Positions 51,353 through 64,000 of a DNA stretch of 64,000 nt are shown one piece after another. Source of the stretch: Rhizophagus irregularis. Lineage: Eukaryota. The DNA is taken from positions 3,596,001 through 3,660,000 of the forward strand of contig NC_089434.1 in NCBI RefSeq assembly GCF_026210795.1, in the 5' to 3' direction. The stretch's first letter is position 1. The number at the start of each line of letters is the position of its first letter. The position numbers were made by a program, and so were the translations under genes. The notes under the pieces were generated by a model, which did no database searches, was not told where the DNA came from, and saw only the letters and a list, made by a program, of their open reading frames with translations.

Positions 51353-53491
51353 AAACAGGTTTCTTCGGAGGTCGATTTTCAGTGAAAATATTGTTGCATG
51401 ATATCATGTGAAAATGTGAAAACAAGAAGATATTGTCTTAGATAATATTTTAACATTGTTCTAATTTGTGATAGGTTTATTCGAAATTGTCTTAACTTTG
51501 CCATTACAAAAAAAAAAATAAAACAATCATCCAAAATGGAATTCAAGTTCAAGAGATAAACATAAAAAAGTGAAAATTAAGACGTTATTAATATTTTGTA
51601 ATAAAAAAAAGAGTGAATAAATAAAAAAAAAATAGTTACCTCAGAAATATCATCAAATCCAAAAGTCAAACAAAAAGTTAAAATATGAAATAGTTTTTTT
51701 CAAAGAAATAGTCAAAATATTTAACGAAAAAAAAGAATTTAAATCAAAGCTACCGTTACACTAACCGGTGTACACATAACGACCATAACGTAGTACTAAT
51801 TCTGGCCCCTGATAAATTTGCACAATCTTCTTTCTCCATTTTTAACAACAAACCGCGAGAAGTAGTGCCAATTCTAGTAATTTAAACGAATTGTTGCATG
51901 CGGCGAAGATAATAAAAATCATTAGTAAATTTCCCGAAAACTCGTGATTGACTAATTGAAATAAAAAATCTAAATAAACTAGTGAAACTACCTTTTTTTT
52001 TCCACATTCCAGGTCTTAAAAACAAACGTTTACACACAATTTAAATCACTTGACATAATCCGCTAAATATTTGAATAATTTTAAATAAAGGATAAATTTT
52101 CGTGATCGAAATTAATTGATCGACTTGATCAATGTGACAATAATGTGACAAATAGGAACTCCCCTGAAAAAGTTAATTTTTAATTCACCTATTAAACCAT
52201 CATGAAAATTAGTAATATCGAAGTTGCTAAAATTGTTCGAAAAACATTCTTAGTCTAGAACAATTTCTTAAAGACTTTTTTTTTTTTTTTTTTTTTTTTT
52301 TGAGCACGTCTAATGATTTTTTTCATTTTTCCTACAATTGAGCAATAAACAAAGAAAAAATGTCGGCGAAGTATCTCAGAGAAGATTTTTTTTTTTCTTG
52401 TGGATGACAATCAACAAAATATTATGTTTTTTTTATATCGTAATTAAAACGGGTTATAAAAATATTATTGATCGCAATTTTTTTTATTTTTTTTTTTAAA
52501 AAGAGTTGATCTAATTATTTGATATTCTAATTTCTACAAAGTGTTCGAAAAAAATATCTTAATGGACAGATTCAATAAGGAAATCAAAAAAAATATGTTG
52601 ACGAATTTTATTACTATTTTATTCATAATTTATCAAAACCATTAATCGAATAGATTAACCATTCAAGCATCTTGGTCCTGATTCCTGACCGATAATAAAA
52701 TCATATTAATGTTAGCCCAAAATAAACAATTTGTATTTCTTGCTTTAAAAAAATGTCAAATTCTGCTCTTATAAATCTTTCTACCTAATAAAACTAAAAT
52801 CAGCGATTAAAAGTCTGAAGTACTACTATAAAACTTTCAAATAGTTTGGTTATTGCAATCTTATTAGATATATAAAGCAATTCTTTGTATACTATTAGTC
52901 TATAAAGGAATTGGGAGTTTGGGACTTGGGAGATTATTTTTGTTTGATATACACTAATAATCCAATTGACTGCGCCAAATCATATGATAACCCTTTCAAA
53001 TAAGGGATACGTTCCCCACGTTCCCCATTCTCAATGACAATTTCACTAATGCCATTACCCTATCAAGTCACAGTTCAGATACTCAGTCGAACACTCCTTC
53101 ATAAAAAAAACAAAAAAAATAACTTCTTCCCATCCCCGAACTTGAGGGAAGAAAAAATAATTTCGCCCCAGTTTAATTGAAAAAAAAAAAAATTTTTTCT
53201 GCGTCCTAATATAACAAATGAAATTCATCAAACACTATCTTACAGATAATACATAATAGAAAAATAAGGGGCACAGAAATTTTTTTTTTTTCCCTGAGGT
53301 AAAATTATCCCCCCAAGTTCAGAAATGGGGAGAAATTATTTTTTTTTATTCCCCAGTTTAGATGATATTCAAATTGGGGAAATAAAACTATTACAAAATA
53401 AGGAAAGTAAAGGTTTACGTATACTATTTTTGTGTAACTTAATTAAACTAATCTACCATGGATAATGGAACATATAATGGTAAGGGCAATT

Positions 53492-53594
53492 GACATTTTA
53501 CATAATATTTTAGGGGGTGGGGGTTTTTAATATATATATTAAGTGGGGTTAAAGCCTATAACAAATGGATATTACGTAACAGGTAATAAATGTC
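53492..53594. mobile_element. MITE, shorter copy of the 24419-24550 family
   Basis: gacattttacataatattttaggggg...ggatattacgtaa..taataaatgtc. Confidence 0.6.
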
Positions 53595-54392
53595 AATACC
53601 ATAAAAAGATCAGACGTTGAACTAACAAAACTGTTGATCCCATTGATCGATTCGACTATTCAAATTATTATATTATGTTCTACTATAGAGTAAAATAGTA
53701 GATAAATAAGTAATTGATTACAAATATCAATAACAGAATAAATATAGGAAGAACAAATAATAATTTTACTAATAATTAGTGAAAGTATTAATTGTTCTAT
53801 GGATAAAATCAATTGTTCATGTGATAATATTTCTTTCTTAATCTATCTTATCAATAATTCGATCAGGAAATGCAATTGAAAATACAATAATGGACTAGAT
53901 GAATTATTATCTTAATAATATCATACAATATTATACAATATTAAGAAATTGATAAAAATGGTTTACTGCATAACATGGTTGATCTCTACAAGTTTAATTT
54001 CTTTCTGATTTCTGAACTTCTTTTGATATTCAAAAAATTTTAAGAATAGTCGATTTATAATCATTCAATTGGTATGTAAATTATTAGTGTTTCAATTCAA
54101 ATCCTTATCTAGAAGAATATAAAATCAAGTAATTTCGTTTAGTTAACAAGAAATAAAGATAGTGGTTTTATTTGCAACTATTTCTGAATATAATATTTTG
54201 TATGGTTTCCATTGACCCGTTACTAAGCTGGCTTCTGTCTATACATTTGCTGTTAGCATAACGCGTGCATCTTTACCAACAACTTTAAATCCCTTTGCCA
54301 TATCTGAATTTGCTTTTTTGAATAATTTTTTAATTTTATTATTTTCAGTTTTGACCTTTATGATCTTTTCTTTAAACGGCTTTACAAAAACA

Positions 54393-54737
54393 CATCACTG
54401 GTGCTCGACACCATAGTAAATGATTTCACAAAAATTATGGCCTAAACTAAACAAATTGTACTAATTAAAAACATCCTTGAAAATGATGAGAAAAAAGAAT
54501 TTGAATAATACTATTTTTTTTTGTACTAGAAATTTTGCAAAATAAAAAAAATCAAAAAACTTATAAAAAAAAAATAAGTAATTATATGCTGCAGCATTAA
54601 GTACTTTGATGTGAAAGATAATTATTAACTTAATAGAATCAGCTCATCTAGACTATTAATAATATAGAATAAAAAAGTTAGAGTAACAAATAAAAAAATA
54701 CATAAATCATATAACTGTGGTGTTGAACACCATGGTG
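54393..54737. mobile_element. Degenerate TIR element (~345 bp)
   Basis: tggtgctcgacaccatag vs inverted ctgtggtgttgaacacca. TSD unclear. Confidence 0.5.
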
Positions 54738-55146
54738 TTAAATATAATTTTTAATGTAAAGGATCATGTGTCATAAATGTAATAATAGATATAATTGGAT
54801 AAAAAGAAAGTTTTTTTTTTTCTGAAATTATGAAAACTTCACCAAGGTAATTAATTTCTTAAGGTAATACGAAAAATTAAATATAGATAAATATTGCTAT
54901 ATACTATTTTGAAATTGGGTTGTCAACGAATAATTCATAGCATATTTATATATACAGTATCTTATAATATAGAATAATTAGAAATAAAGGTAGGTAAGCG
55001 AAAGGTATCTTTAATTTACGATTAGAAGAAATAAAAGTAAGCGAATGGTTTATCTTTAATTTACGATTTAAATAATAATTTTGAATAATTAGAAATAAAA
55101 AATAAACGAATGGTAGAGAATCAAATATAATCATCGATGTATGTCT

Positions 55147-55446
55147 TTAAAAAGGAGATCCATTAAAAAGTTGGATTGTGAATGGATCATTTGTGATTTG
55201 TATTGGTAAACGTTTCATATAATGATTTAATGGATATTTAATTTCACGTCTTAGCTTTCTTTGATTTCGACGTCTATGAACAATGCGAGAAGCAGTAAAC
55301 CGATTACCACGATTACCAATAGAAGAGGAATCAGAGGGTTCTTTGTAATTACTAGTTGCATTATCTTTTTGATCTGTAAATAGACCATTTAATGAAGTAT
55401 GTTTCATTTGAGTTAAATTTGTTGGTTGTTGCTTATGATCTATCAT
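55147..55446 (-). CDS. Small protein (99 aa), TNDPF/FNGSPF C-terminal motif family
   Basis: Intact ATG-TAA. Ends RRRNQRKLRR..KRLPIQITNDPFTIQLFNGSPF. Confidence 0.82.
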   Translation of the reverse strand: MIDHKQQPTNLTQMKHTSLNGLFTDQKDNATSNYKEPSDSSSIGNRGNRFTASRIVHRRRNQRKLRREIKYPLNHYMKRLPIQITNDPFTIQLFNGSPF

Positions 55447-56804
55447 GACAACGAAAATGTGTTTTTTTTAAGAATCTATATTTTTTCTTTGATACAGAAG
55501 GGAATTATTGAAAATAGAGGTTTACTGAAAAAAATTGCATATTTTATATGAAAAATATTACATTGGACTTGAACTAATCTTGAAATAGTCTACTTCAAGT
55601 TTTTATAACCCATTTTTATAATTTGATTGGTAATTGGTCATAGGAATAAAAATTGAATCTAAACTGAACGAAATACATTAAAAATTTCTATTAAAGTTGC
55701 TGCTTTTTTTTTTAAAAAAAAAAAATGCTGAACGTAAAGAAATAAATATACGTGTAAATTTGATTTGTCGATTTAATTTTAGAAAGTTTTTTAAACCCAT
55801 ATCTGATATCGGTTTTAACATTTAGAATATAGCATGCAGGGGTTTAATTAAAAATTCATTTATTAATTTGTATGTTTGATCATTTATTTTAAGCGAAACA
55901 ATGATATACAGTACAAAGCATATAATTATGTAAATCATGTTTATTTTTATATTGTTTATATTGTTGATCGAACAAATAAGGTTTTAGGTTTCAAGTTTCA
56001 GATCCCTTTCAAAAGTTGCCGTGAGAACTTGTTTGATCATATATTTATATCACATGTTATTTGCTAACTTTGAACGTCTATCCCACATGACGATCTGCTG
56101 GCTTAGTAAGAACATGGTTTTGTTTCTTTACATTATTTGACCCAATATGAGATCAACAAGTCATACACATGGTACAATTATGATACCTTAATTAAAGATA
56201 CCCCCTCCCCTAAAAAAAATAAAAATAAAAATATAAGAATCGCGCTCATTAGGAATTTCTTTTCTTTGTATCGCTGACGCTGATGCAAACATTATAATCA
56301 TAATTGGGACGATTGTAGTTTTTTTTTGATTTATTTGAATAACTGTAATAAATAAAAAAAAATATTTTATGTTCATGATCATAGTCATAATAAAGCTTGA
56401 GTCTATTGTGTTTGTTAGTAAATTCTTACGAATAACAATAATCCCAAAATTTTTGAATCAGAAAACCACACGTGTAATATACAAATATAAAAAATTTATG
56501 ATTTGAACTATTTTTGTCAAAACCGTCATTATTCATTTAACCAAAATTTGTCTTTGATAATCACACCAATGCCATAACAAATACCGTAATATTCAATATC
56601 CCTAAGATCAAATCATTTTGTTCATATTCGCCATGTTACACCATTTATTGCCGGATATAATTTCATTTATTAAATTTTTTCGTGAGAAAGAGAAACTATC
56701 AAACTACTAAGCTATTAAATAAACTTTATTATGTGTTATCATTATCATGTAAGGGCAGTAAGGCAACCAGGGATATAACCGCTTCGATTGTTCACAGCGT
56801 GGCG

Positions 56805-57023
56805 CAGTGATGGCAAGTGACCCAAATGACATCAAATGATTGTTCATTTAGGGTTAAATGATGAATATATCACGTGACATTATAAATTTGTAATTCTGGC
56901 TGCGGGCTGCCTAAATTATAAATGACTTAAATGACAAATGACCTCAAATGACTAGGTCATTCAAAGGTCATTCGGGGGGTCATTTGTCATTTGATCAAAT
57001 GACCTGGTCATTTGCCATTACTG
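56805..57023. mobile_element. hAT-like MITE (219 bp) with aaatgac subterminal repeats
   Basis: TIRs cagtgatggcaagtgacc / ggtcatttgccattactg. Near-duplicated flanks gcgtggcg / gctgtggcg. Confidence 0.65.
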
Positions 57024-57449
57024 GGCTGTGGCGCAAATGACAGACTATTCACATTTTTCGATTGTTCATTTCCTGATTTCCTGAACTAGATCATTTCCCG
57101 AAATTCCAATTTCCCCTAATATTGATACCCAGAATGGATTAATTAATGATGTATAGATTTCATTACATTTTACAGTGCATGAAAATGATAGACTTCATTT
57201 GATTTACAAAATTAAAAATAAAATAATATTAACAAAAGTTTTAAATAAATATAAAAAATATATATATAATATAATAATTGATAATGAGAACATCACTACC
57301 ATGTGTTTTGTCACAGGGTATTTGGAAATTATTGGCACTATGCAGATTTCCACATATTTCCACAATATTTTCATGTGGATTTTAACTGTATAAATGTAAA
57401 CCAAGTTGTGTTGTTTCGCGAAAAAAAAAACAATCCCATGATGAAACGA

Positions 57450-57625
57450 CCGGGTCATTTCGCAGACAAATGTTTCGCCGACAACCATCTCACCGACAAG
57501 GGAGGTTAGGATTAGAAATTAGGGTTAGGATAAAGTTAGGATAAAGTTAGGGTAAGTGGATTAGGGATTTCAAAACTGTCAGTAAAATGACTGTAGGTAA
57601 ATGAACCTGTCGGTGAAATGGTCCA
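57450..57625. repeat. Foldback element with central degenerate TTAGGG-like tract
   Basis: Arms built of catttc..ccgaca / tgtcgg..aaatg units, as also seen at about 18160-18320, flank ggttaggattag..ttagggttagga..ttagggt..ttaggg (about 57504-57566). Confidence 0.55.
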
Positions 57626-58616
57626 GACCCATATAGATTTTCGAAATGCGCCTCCATTCCGGTACGTTGATTATGTATACATTATATTTATAAGAAAAAA
57701 TTAAGTAATTTTTAGAACAAAAAAAATTTAGACGAGTATGTATATTGTATATACAGTACATATATTGTCATATGATAGTAAAAAGTTTCGAATTTAAATC
57801 GAAGCGAGCGCCAAGCGGATCTTTTGTAAAATCCTATAAAATCACGTGATATATGTGATATGACTTTAAAAAGTAAATTATAAAAAGATTTCTACCTTAC
57901 TTTCCAAACTGAAAAAGTAACAAACACCATTTTATTATACAAAAAATTTTTTGCTGTATTTGAACCAATTTCGATAAAAATGGGATAATTACAAGAAGGA
58001 AAGCTGCAAAAATATTTAGTACCACCTAAGGGCTTACTCAATATATAAATAATAGAGTTTAAAGTTATATTCCGTAATCATGCTTTATTAAACTTGATTA
58101 GGAAATTCAGTTTAAATTTTGATAAAACAAAGATTTATTCAAAAATATCCTTGTTTACCGATATTTAATTGTTAAATTGTTAACAAAAATGTACTCACAA
58201 TAGTTATTGAATTGTCATTGAAAATCTATTTTTGCTTATCCAAAAATTCGGGTACCAATTCCCAATATGAATTTACATGAATTACGTAAGCTGATACCGA
58301 GACTTACGTAATAAACATAAGATGATAACGGTTAACTTATTGTTAAGAAAACAGAAAAGAAAATAAGGTTTATTTGGATCGGGTACTTGAAAAGGATGAG
58401 TAATATGCAGATAGCATAATTAACATAATTGTTTTTACTATTTTAAACATGATGATAAGATAAAATCTTATGCACAATATCCTTTTTTATTTAATTCTTT
58501 TTAATTCGATTTTATTAATATACGAAAGTTTATCAGAAATATCAATTTTATTATATAAATATCAAATAAAAATCTTTTTTTTTTTCCTCTCTTTTTTTTC
58601 CAAAATCTATGCTAAA

Positions 58617-58850
58617 ATGGAGCCAAATAATATTATGCGCACATCGGTTTTTAATCGTCGTCAAAGAAGATTTAACAGCGACGGAAATGAAAGACGTCAA
58701 AAGCGTAAAAATATTGATAGGATATATAAGAGACGTGCACGTATTCCGGTTAATAACGAAGACACATTAAGTCGAATTGCACAGCTGCCTTTACAAATTA
58801 CAAATGACTCATTTGCATCTCAACTTTTTCACGGATCTCCTTTTTATTAA
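58617..58850 (+). CDS. Small protein (77 aa), TNDSF/FHGSPF C-terminal motif family
   Basis: The likely start is aaaATGg at 58617, because the upstream part of the track ORF is low-complexity A/T. Ends RIAQLPLQITNDSFASQLFHGSPFY. Confidence 0.8.
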   Translation: MEPNNIMRTSVFNRRQRRFNSDGNERRQKRKNIDRIYKRRARIPVNNEDTLSRIAQLPLQITNDSFASQLFHGSPFY

Positions 58851-60955
58851 ATATAAAATTGGTATGGTTATTATGGTTATTTTATAACTATGTTATATAA
58901 TGTTCACAATATTATATTTTAATTGGCGCGTACAGATTATATAACGGTATATATCCATCACAACGTTGCGAATTGGGCCATTAATTTCGTAAATTTTTAT
59001 AGTAAAATATTTTTTATTAACCTTTTTCTCGCTAATTTATTCCTTAAGTCTGCGAGTTTTTTACAACTTATATTTCAAAATTTACGATTTTCTTTTATAA
59101 TTTGTTTTAACATTTTTTTTATTTGCATTTTGCAATTAGTATAGAGTAATATATAGTTGTAGCGTATAGCAGTAGCTCTTTTGATTATTTTACTTGCGCT
59201 TCTTTTCTTTTTTTATTCTACATGACGTAAAACATGTATTTTCCGCGTTAATTAGATCTGAAGTCATTACCACAATTTGTCATATAACATGAAAATATAT
59301 TAAAATATGATATAATAAATATCTTAACGGTCAATTTTCGTAAAAAATTAATCGTATGGAAATTGTAATGTATCCCGTTAAGACGGGATATCCGATACAG
59401 TTTTTTATAATTTATAAGTAAACAAACATTGTATTATGGTTAAACAATCAGACCAGTGTTAGACTAGTTGTAATATAAAAAGAATTCGTACTCATTAATT
59501 AATTAAAAATAAATATAAATTGAAATGAAAAAATAGCATTATTATTATTATTATTATTAACAGTTGTTCGATTTTTTTAAATGATCCAATAATGTGCTAT
59601 GGAATTTTTAATATCGGTCAAATTATATAATTGATTATAGTTGTACGTTAATTTGTTGAATTTTTTTTTTACCCCTGACGGTTTCAAATTTTTAAATTTT
59701 GTTCAATTCAATAATACCATATAAATATTTCTCTTTACAATTTAGAATAATTCATTAATGCTCTAAATTATTTGGTTACCCTTGATTTATTTGTAAATGT
59801 TTCCGATACACAAGGTAAAAACATCGACGATTATTGCCTTAATTTAACATATGATGAATTTCTAATAAAATTTTCATTGAAATAAAATTAGATGACACAA
59901 AAATAATAAACTTGGTTCCTCATACCCGGCTGGGTCAGTTTTTGTTAAAAAATAAAATTTCTTTATATTATTACTATACCAGGTAAAATTAAAAAAATAA
60001 AATTTTTTTAATATGAATTTTATATATAAAAATTTGAAAAATTAAAAACCGGGTCGTCGGATCATATGAAAATCAAAAGCCATTTAGGATTAGAAAATAT
60101 TCGAAATGATAGTGTCATTACATGCTTTTTGAATTTTTTTAGATAATTCTCAATAGAAAATAACTTACGATAAAAAAATCGATTCTTATAGGCAAATTTC
60201 ATTTTATTTAAAAAAAAATTTATTTACTTGGAATTTTAACGAATAATGTAAAGAATTAAATACTTGGACCAGCTAAAATTTTTTAACAATTCTAATACAT
60301 GACGTAGGAGCTATGCGGGTAGAATCAGCTCTGAACAGGAATTGTTTGTCACGTCTCTAAATTTCGGATATGATCCGAATATTCCCGTTCGAGAAAATTT
60401 CTTTTGAAAGTTTATTAGGACCAAATAAACGCCATGCTAAACATTTAATGAATCTAAATATTTGGTAATTACTGTACATTAATACTCTTGGAATCGTGTT
60501 CTTCCAAACTGAGAGATTGCGTGGAATAAAAAAAAATGACACAATACACATATTCATACGACAAACTTTTATGCAAAGTCGTTATTCAGCATATGCGAAA
60601 TATGTCCGGTGGTGATAATTCACAAATATCACAATTCATCTACTACGTGCAAATAATTTTTATTATTTAGAATAGGACAGAAATTTTTTGATAGCGCTTT
60701 CAAGACATACGAAGTTGTTTCTTCGATATATTCCTACATAATTTTAATAACGTTTGGGACTTTGGGTGTTAATTCATACATAAAGTCGTATTCGTTTTGT
60801 TCATTGTAAGTTGTAACCATGTTCTATCTCATATTCTACAATTCTCAGTAGTTACATTATACATGAATTTGTATATGATAGAACGTTTAATCTATATATG
60901 TATTTACTGTATATCCCTTAACAATCGAATATAATCATTGTTGTACTGTATATCT

Positions 60956-61361
60956 TTAAAAGGGAGATCCATTAAAAATTGATTTGTGAATGAATCATTT
61001 GTGATTTATGATGTTATTTGTCTAATATGATTTAAATATATATATGTTTGAAATCATAATTTCGCGTTCTTAGTTTCCGTTGAATTCGACGTATACAAAA
61101 ATACGATTGTACTGAGGTACGTGATCGTAGGATAGGATTGAGCTGAAGTAGCAAATTGATTATCCTCTACGTAACCATTAGTCGCGTTAGATGCTTGATC
61201 TGAAAATTCACAAGAAAAATGTTTAAATTATCGCATGGATCACTTGGAACACTTGATGAAGTATTTTCCACTTGGGCTACATTTATTAGCTGTAAATTAT
61301 TGATTCCATTATCAATAATTTCGGTAAAATTGGATTCGTGAATATTTTTTAAATGGTTCAT
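60956..61361 (-). pseudogene. Pseudogene of the TNDPF/FNGSPF small-protein family
   Basis: Starts MNHLKNIHES..NTSSSVP (compare MDHHLNKVSE..NTSSVQP). Continues as frameshifted RRIQRKLR, LNHIRQITS*ITNDSFTNQ and FNGSPF*. Confidence 0.8.
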
Positions 61362-64000
61362 CGCAGTATGTAAATCAAATAATTTGGAAATATAAGATGC
61401 GCTTACTTGGCACATATATATTGCGTATACGTATATTATTGTTTAAATCGAATCGAACACTTAATGAGTGGATTGTCTTTTGTTCTCTAAGTTAATTTTA
61501 TATAGAATCCGTATCTTGCTTTTTTTTAAAAAAAATAATTTGAAAAGTATAAAATAGATTTTCACCGTACCTTTAAATCAAAAAAAAAGTAGTAAAATTT
61601 TCGTTGTTTAATTTATCGAAAAAAAGATTGTTAAATATAAATTGTCTTAAATCGGTTTTAAAGGTTCAGATTCGCTTATATATATACATTTTTTTAAGAG
61701 TTCGATCCAAATCAGAACATTATTTATATTTAAATCCATTTATTAAACAATATTAAAAAAAATTCTCACCTTTCTTTCGGTTAATTTATTTGATTAGATA
61801 AAAAAGACATTAGTTCTCCGTATGATTAGGTAAAAAAATATATATATATTTTTTCTTCTATGTTATATTTATTATTATTATTAAAAAAATAAAAATTTAT
61901 TTATACATATATTACGATTTTTTTTTTAAAAAAAAAACGGGTGGTCCTAGCGTTTCAACCAATAGAAATTATTTCCGGAAAAGTACACATGATGAATTGG
62001 TTTACGCCAATAGCTACAAAGCCTACAATGGGTTTATAGCTTTTGAAAACAAAAGAAAACATAAATCATTTACGAACGCCACAAAAAAAATTGATGAGAA
62101 TTTTAATTTTCATTTAACCAAAATAAGCGGTTGATCGTACCAAATATAAATATTTCCCAAGAACAAAGGTCCTGCATGTGCAGGTCTTGTGGTCCAACAT
62201 TTTCAGTTTAAATATAAATGCTATTTTATTTTTAACAATTGGTTATTTTCCCTTTTTTTTTTAAAATGAAATGAAATACATTAAAATTTGTGGCTAGCAA
62301 AATCAATTACCTATCTAGTTAAATCATCTTTCTTCAACTGAACGAATATTCTAAATATTCCAAGAATATTTACCAAATGATCAGAGGTGATCAGCGTGTT
62401 GCTTTATCGATACCGTTCTAGTCCCAATAATGATAGTTTAAACAACAAAGTTTGTCTTTCATTAACAAACAAGAACACGCTCTTAAATAACAAACTTCTA
62501 ATCATGCTTTACGAATGGGAAGAGTGCTTCTATGTGTAGTCAAATTTAAACTCAGGGATGAATTGAGTAAACCATTGATAAAATTTATAACTGAATCGTT
62601 TCATTTAAACTCAATATAATTCTTTATCAATATGTGAAAAATCCATAATAGTCACCATTATTTAGAGATAGCGATTCTTTTATTTCGAAAAATATTAATT
62701 TAAATATTTGGTCAGTACCACCAAGGTAGAATAATAAAAGAAATTTCAGAAACGACAATCAAGATAATTTACTGAACCTGAAAAAATGATCAAAAAGTGT
62801 AATGAACCAGATGAAATATCTTAATAGATACTATACAATTAACTTAATAACATTAAAGAAATTGATAAAGACAGTATATTCAGTAACGTGGAATTATTTC
62901 ACCATTGTAAGTGAAGTTTAATCTTAAACTCTTAAGTTACAGTATCCGTATCAACCAATCTAACATATCTCTCTATAAGTTTGATATCCTTTTGGAACCT
63001 TAACTCGATGATCGATCAGTATGTAAAAGAAGAAATATTGGAACAAGTGAATTACCTTATTTCATGTTTTCTTTCATAACAAAATTCTCCTCTCATATCA
63101 ACCTCCGGTTTGGGATACTTCTCAAGAAAAATTAATTGTATACCCATGAAAAATAGAATCATCAGGATCAAAAGTTGCACGTGAACCAATTTGTTCTTTT
63201 AGGCTTCAGGAATATCCAAGACCAAGACTAACGGACCAACCGGTTCTAAAATTCTAAAAAAAAAACAATATATGATATTTCGTGGTATATATTGGTGTAT
63301 ATTAATTTTCAAGATCAACTAATTATCGAGGATCAATATATAAAAGAAGTTTGTTTATGAACTGAGCATTGAAATTAGAATCTGATAGTATGATAAGGTT
63401 CGAATGTTATCGTCCACCATTTAGAGGGGCATTTAAACATATGTGTTGACCAAAATTTAGATTTAAAAAATAGAAGGGGGTGGGGTACGTTAAACAAACA
63501 ACCATGTTGGAACGGCCTAGCAATATAGCAATATTTGTGGGTCAAGTAAAATACTCAAATTTAGAGATCTTACTACTCATAGATGCAGAGGCAATGAAAT
63601 CGTTTTACATATTTCGTCAAACTTATTTTAAGGGAAGACTACAATCACACTATTCAGAAATCGGCTCTAAAACAACTTCTATCGCCAACCTCAAAAATTA
63701 TCCAAGTAATCCAACGAATTACCTTTGTTAATAGAGTACTACATGCAAATCTCATGATATGAATTCCTTGGTGCGAGAATTTTTTATTATAATGAATTTA
63801 TTTTGTGATAATTAAAGCAGTGTCTCTTGTTGCCAAAGGTTTAACATCGTTTATACAAGATCGGCTATAATAAGTGAAGTTCATCCCATCAGTATTTCTT
63901 TAGAAAATTGGGCGATAGCACCACAATGTATATTAGGGATTTATTAATTAGAACAACCTTTCTAATTCATCTAATGGAAAAACTTTACGTGAGTGCATAT

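Noticed and set aside
58470..58616. Hydrophobic N-terminal extension resembling a signal peptide on the motif-family ORF
   Set aside because: Translation of poly-T/AT-rich upstream DNA. Other family members lack it, and ATG 58617 has a better context.
62340..63200. Coding-like minus-strand fragments (also ~47470-48000, ~60300-60800 and 26408-26626)
   Set aside because: Too degraded to assign a product by eye.

Overview
AT-rich, gene-poor eukaryotic DNA with GT-AG introns. By inference it comes from an arbuscular mycorrhizal fungus (Glomeromycota, Rhizophagus-like). The centre (30.8-40.4 kb) is a nest of mobile elements inside a tandem array of three intronless LRR genes. The nest holds a 5'-truncated LINE (APE remnant, RT, RNase H, CCHC; 13-bp TSD) whose RT is split by an 882-bp hAT-type MITE. 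It also holds a 2.6-kb retroposed unit with a 17-bp TSD, (AAAAT)n tail and structured UTRs, carrying one intact 681-aa ORF with no RT or endonuclease motifs I can recognise. Dispersed over the window is an apparently uncharacterised small-protein family (4 intact genes, 2 pseudogenes) with an Arg-rich patch and a C-terminal LPxQ[IVT]TND[PS]Fxxx[IL]F[NH]GS[PS]F motif. Other features are a secreted Thr-rich protein with a cystine-knot-like end, a decayed lodA/goxA-like plus lodB/goxB-like gene pair, an Mrr-type nuclease pseudogene and many MITEs. All alignments were done by eye and no database searches were run.
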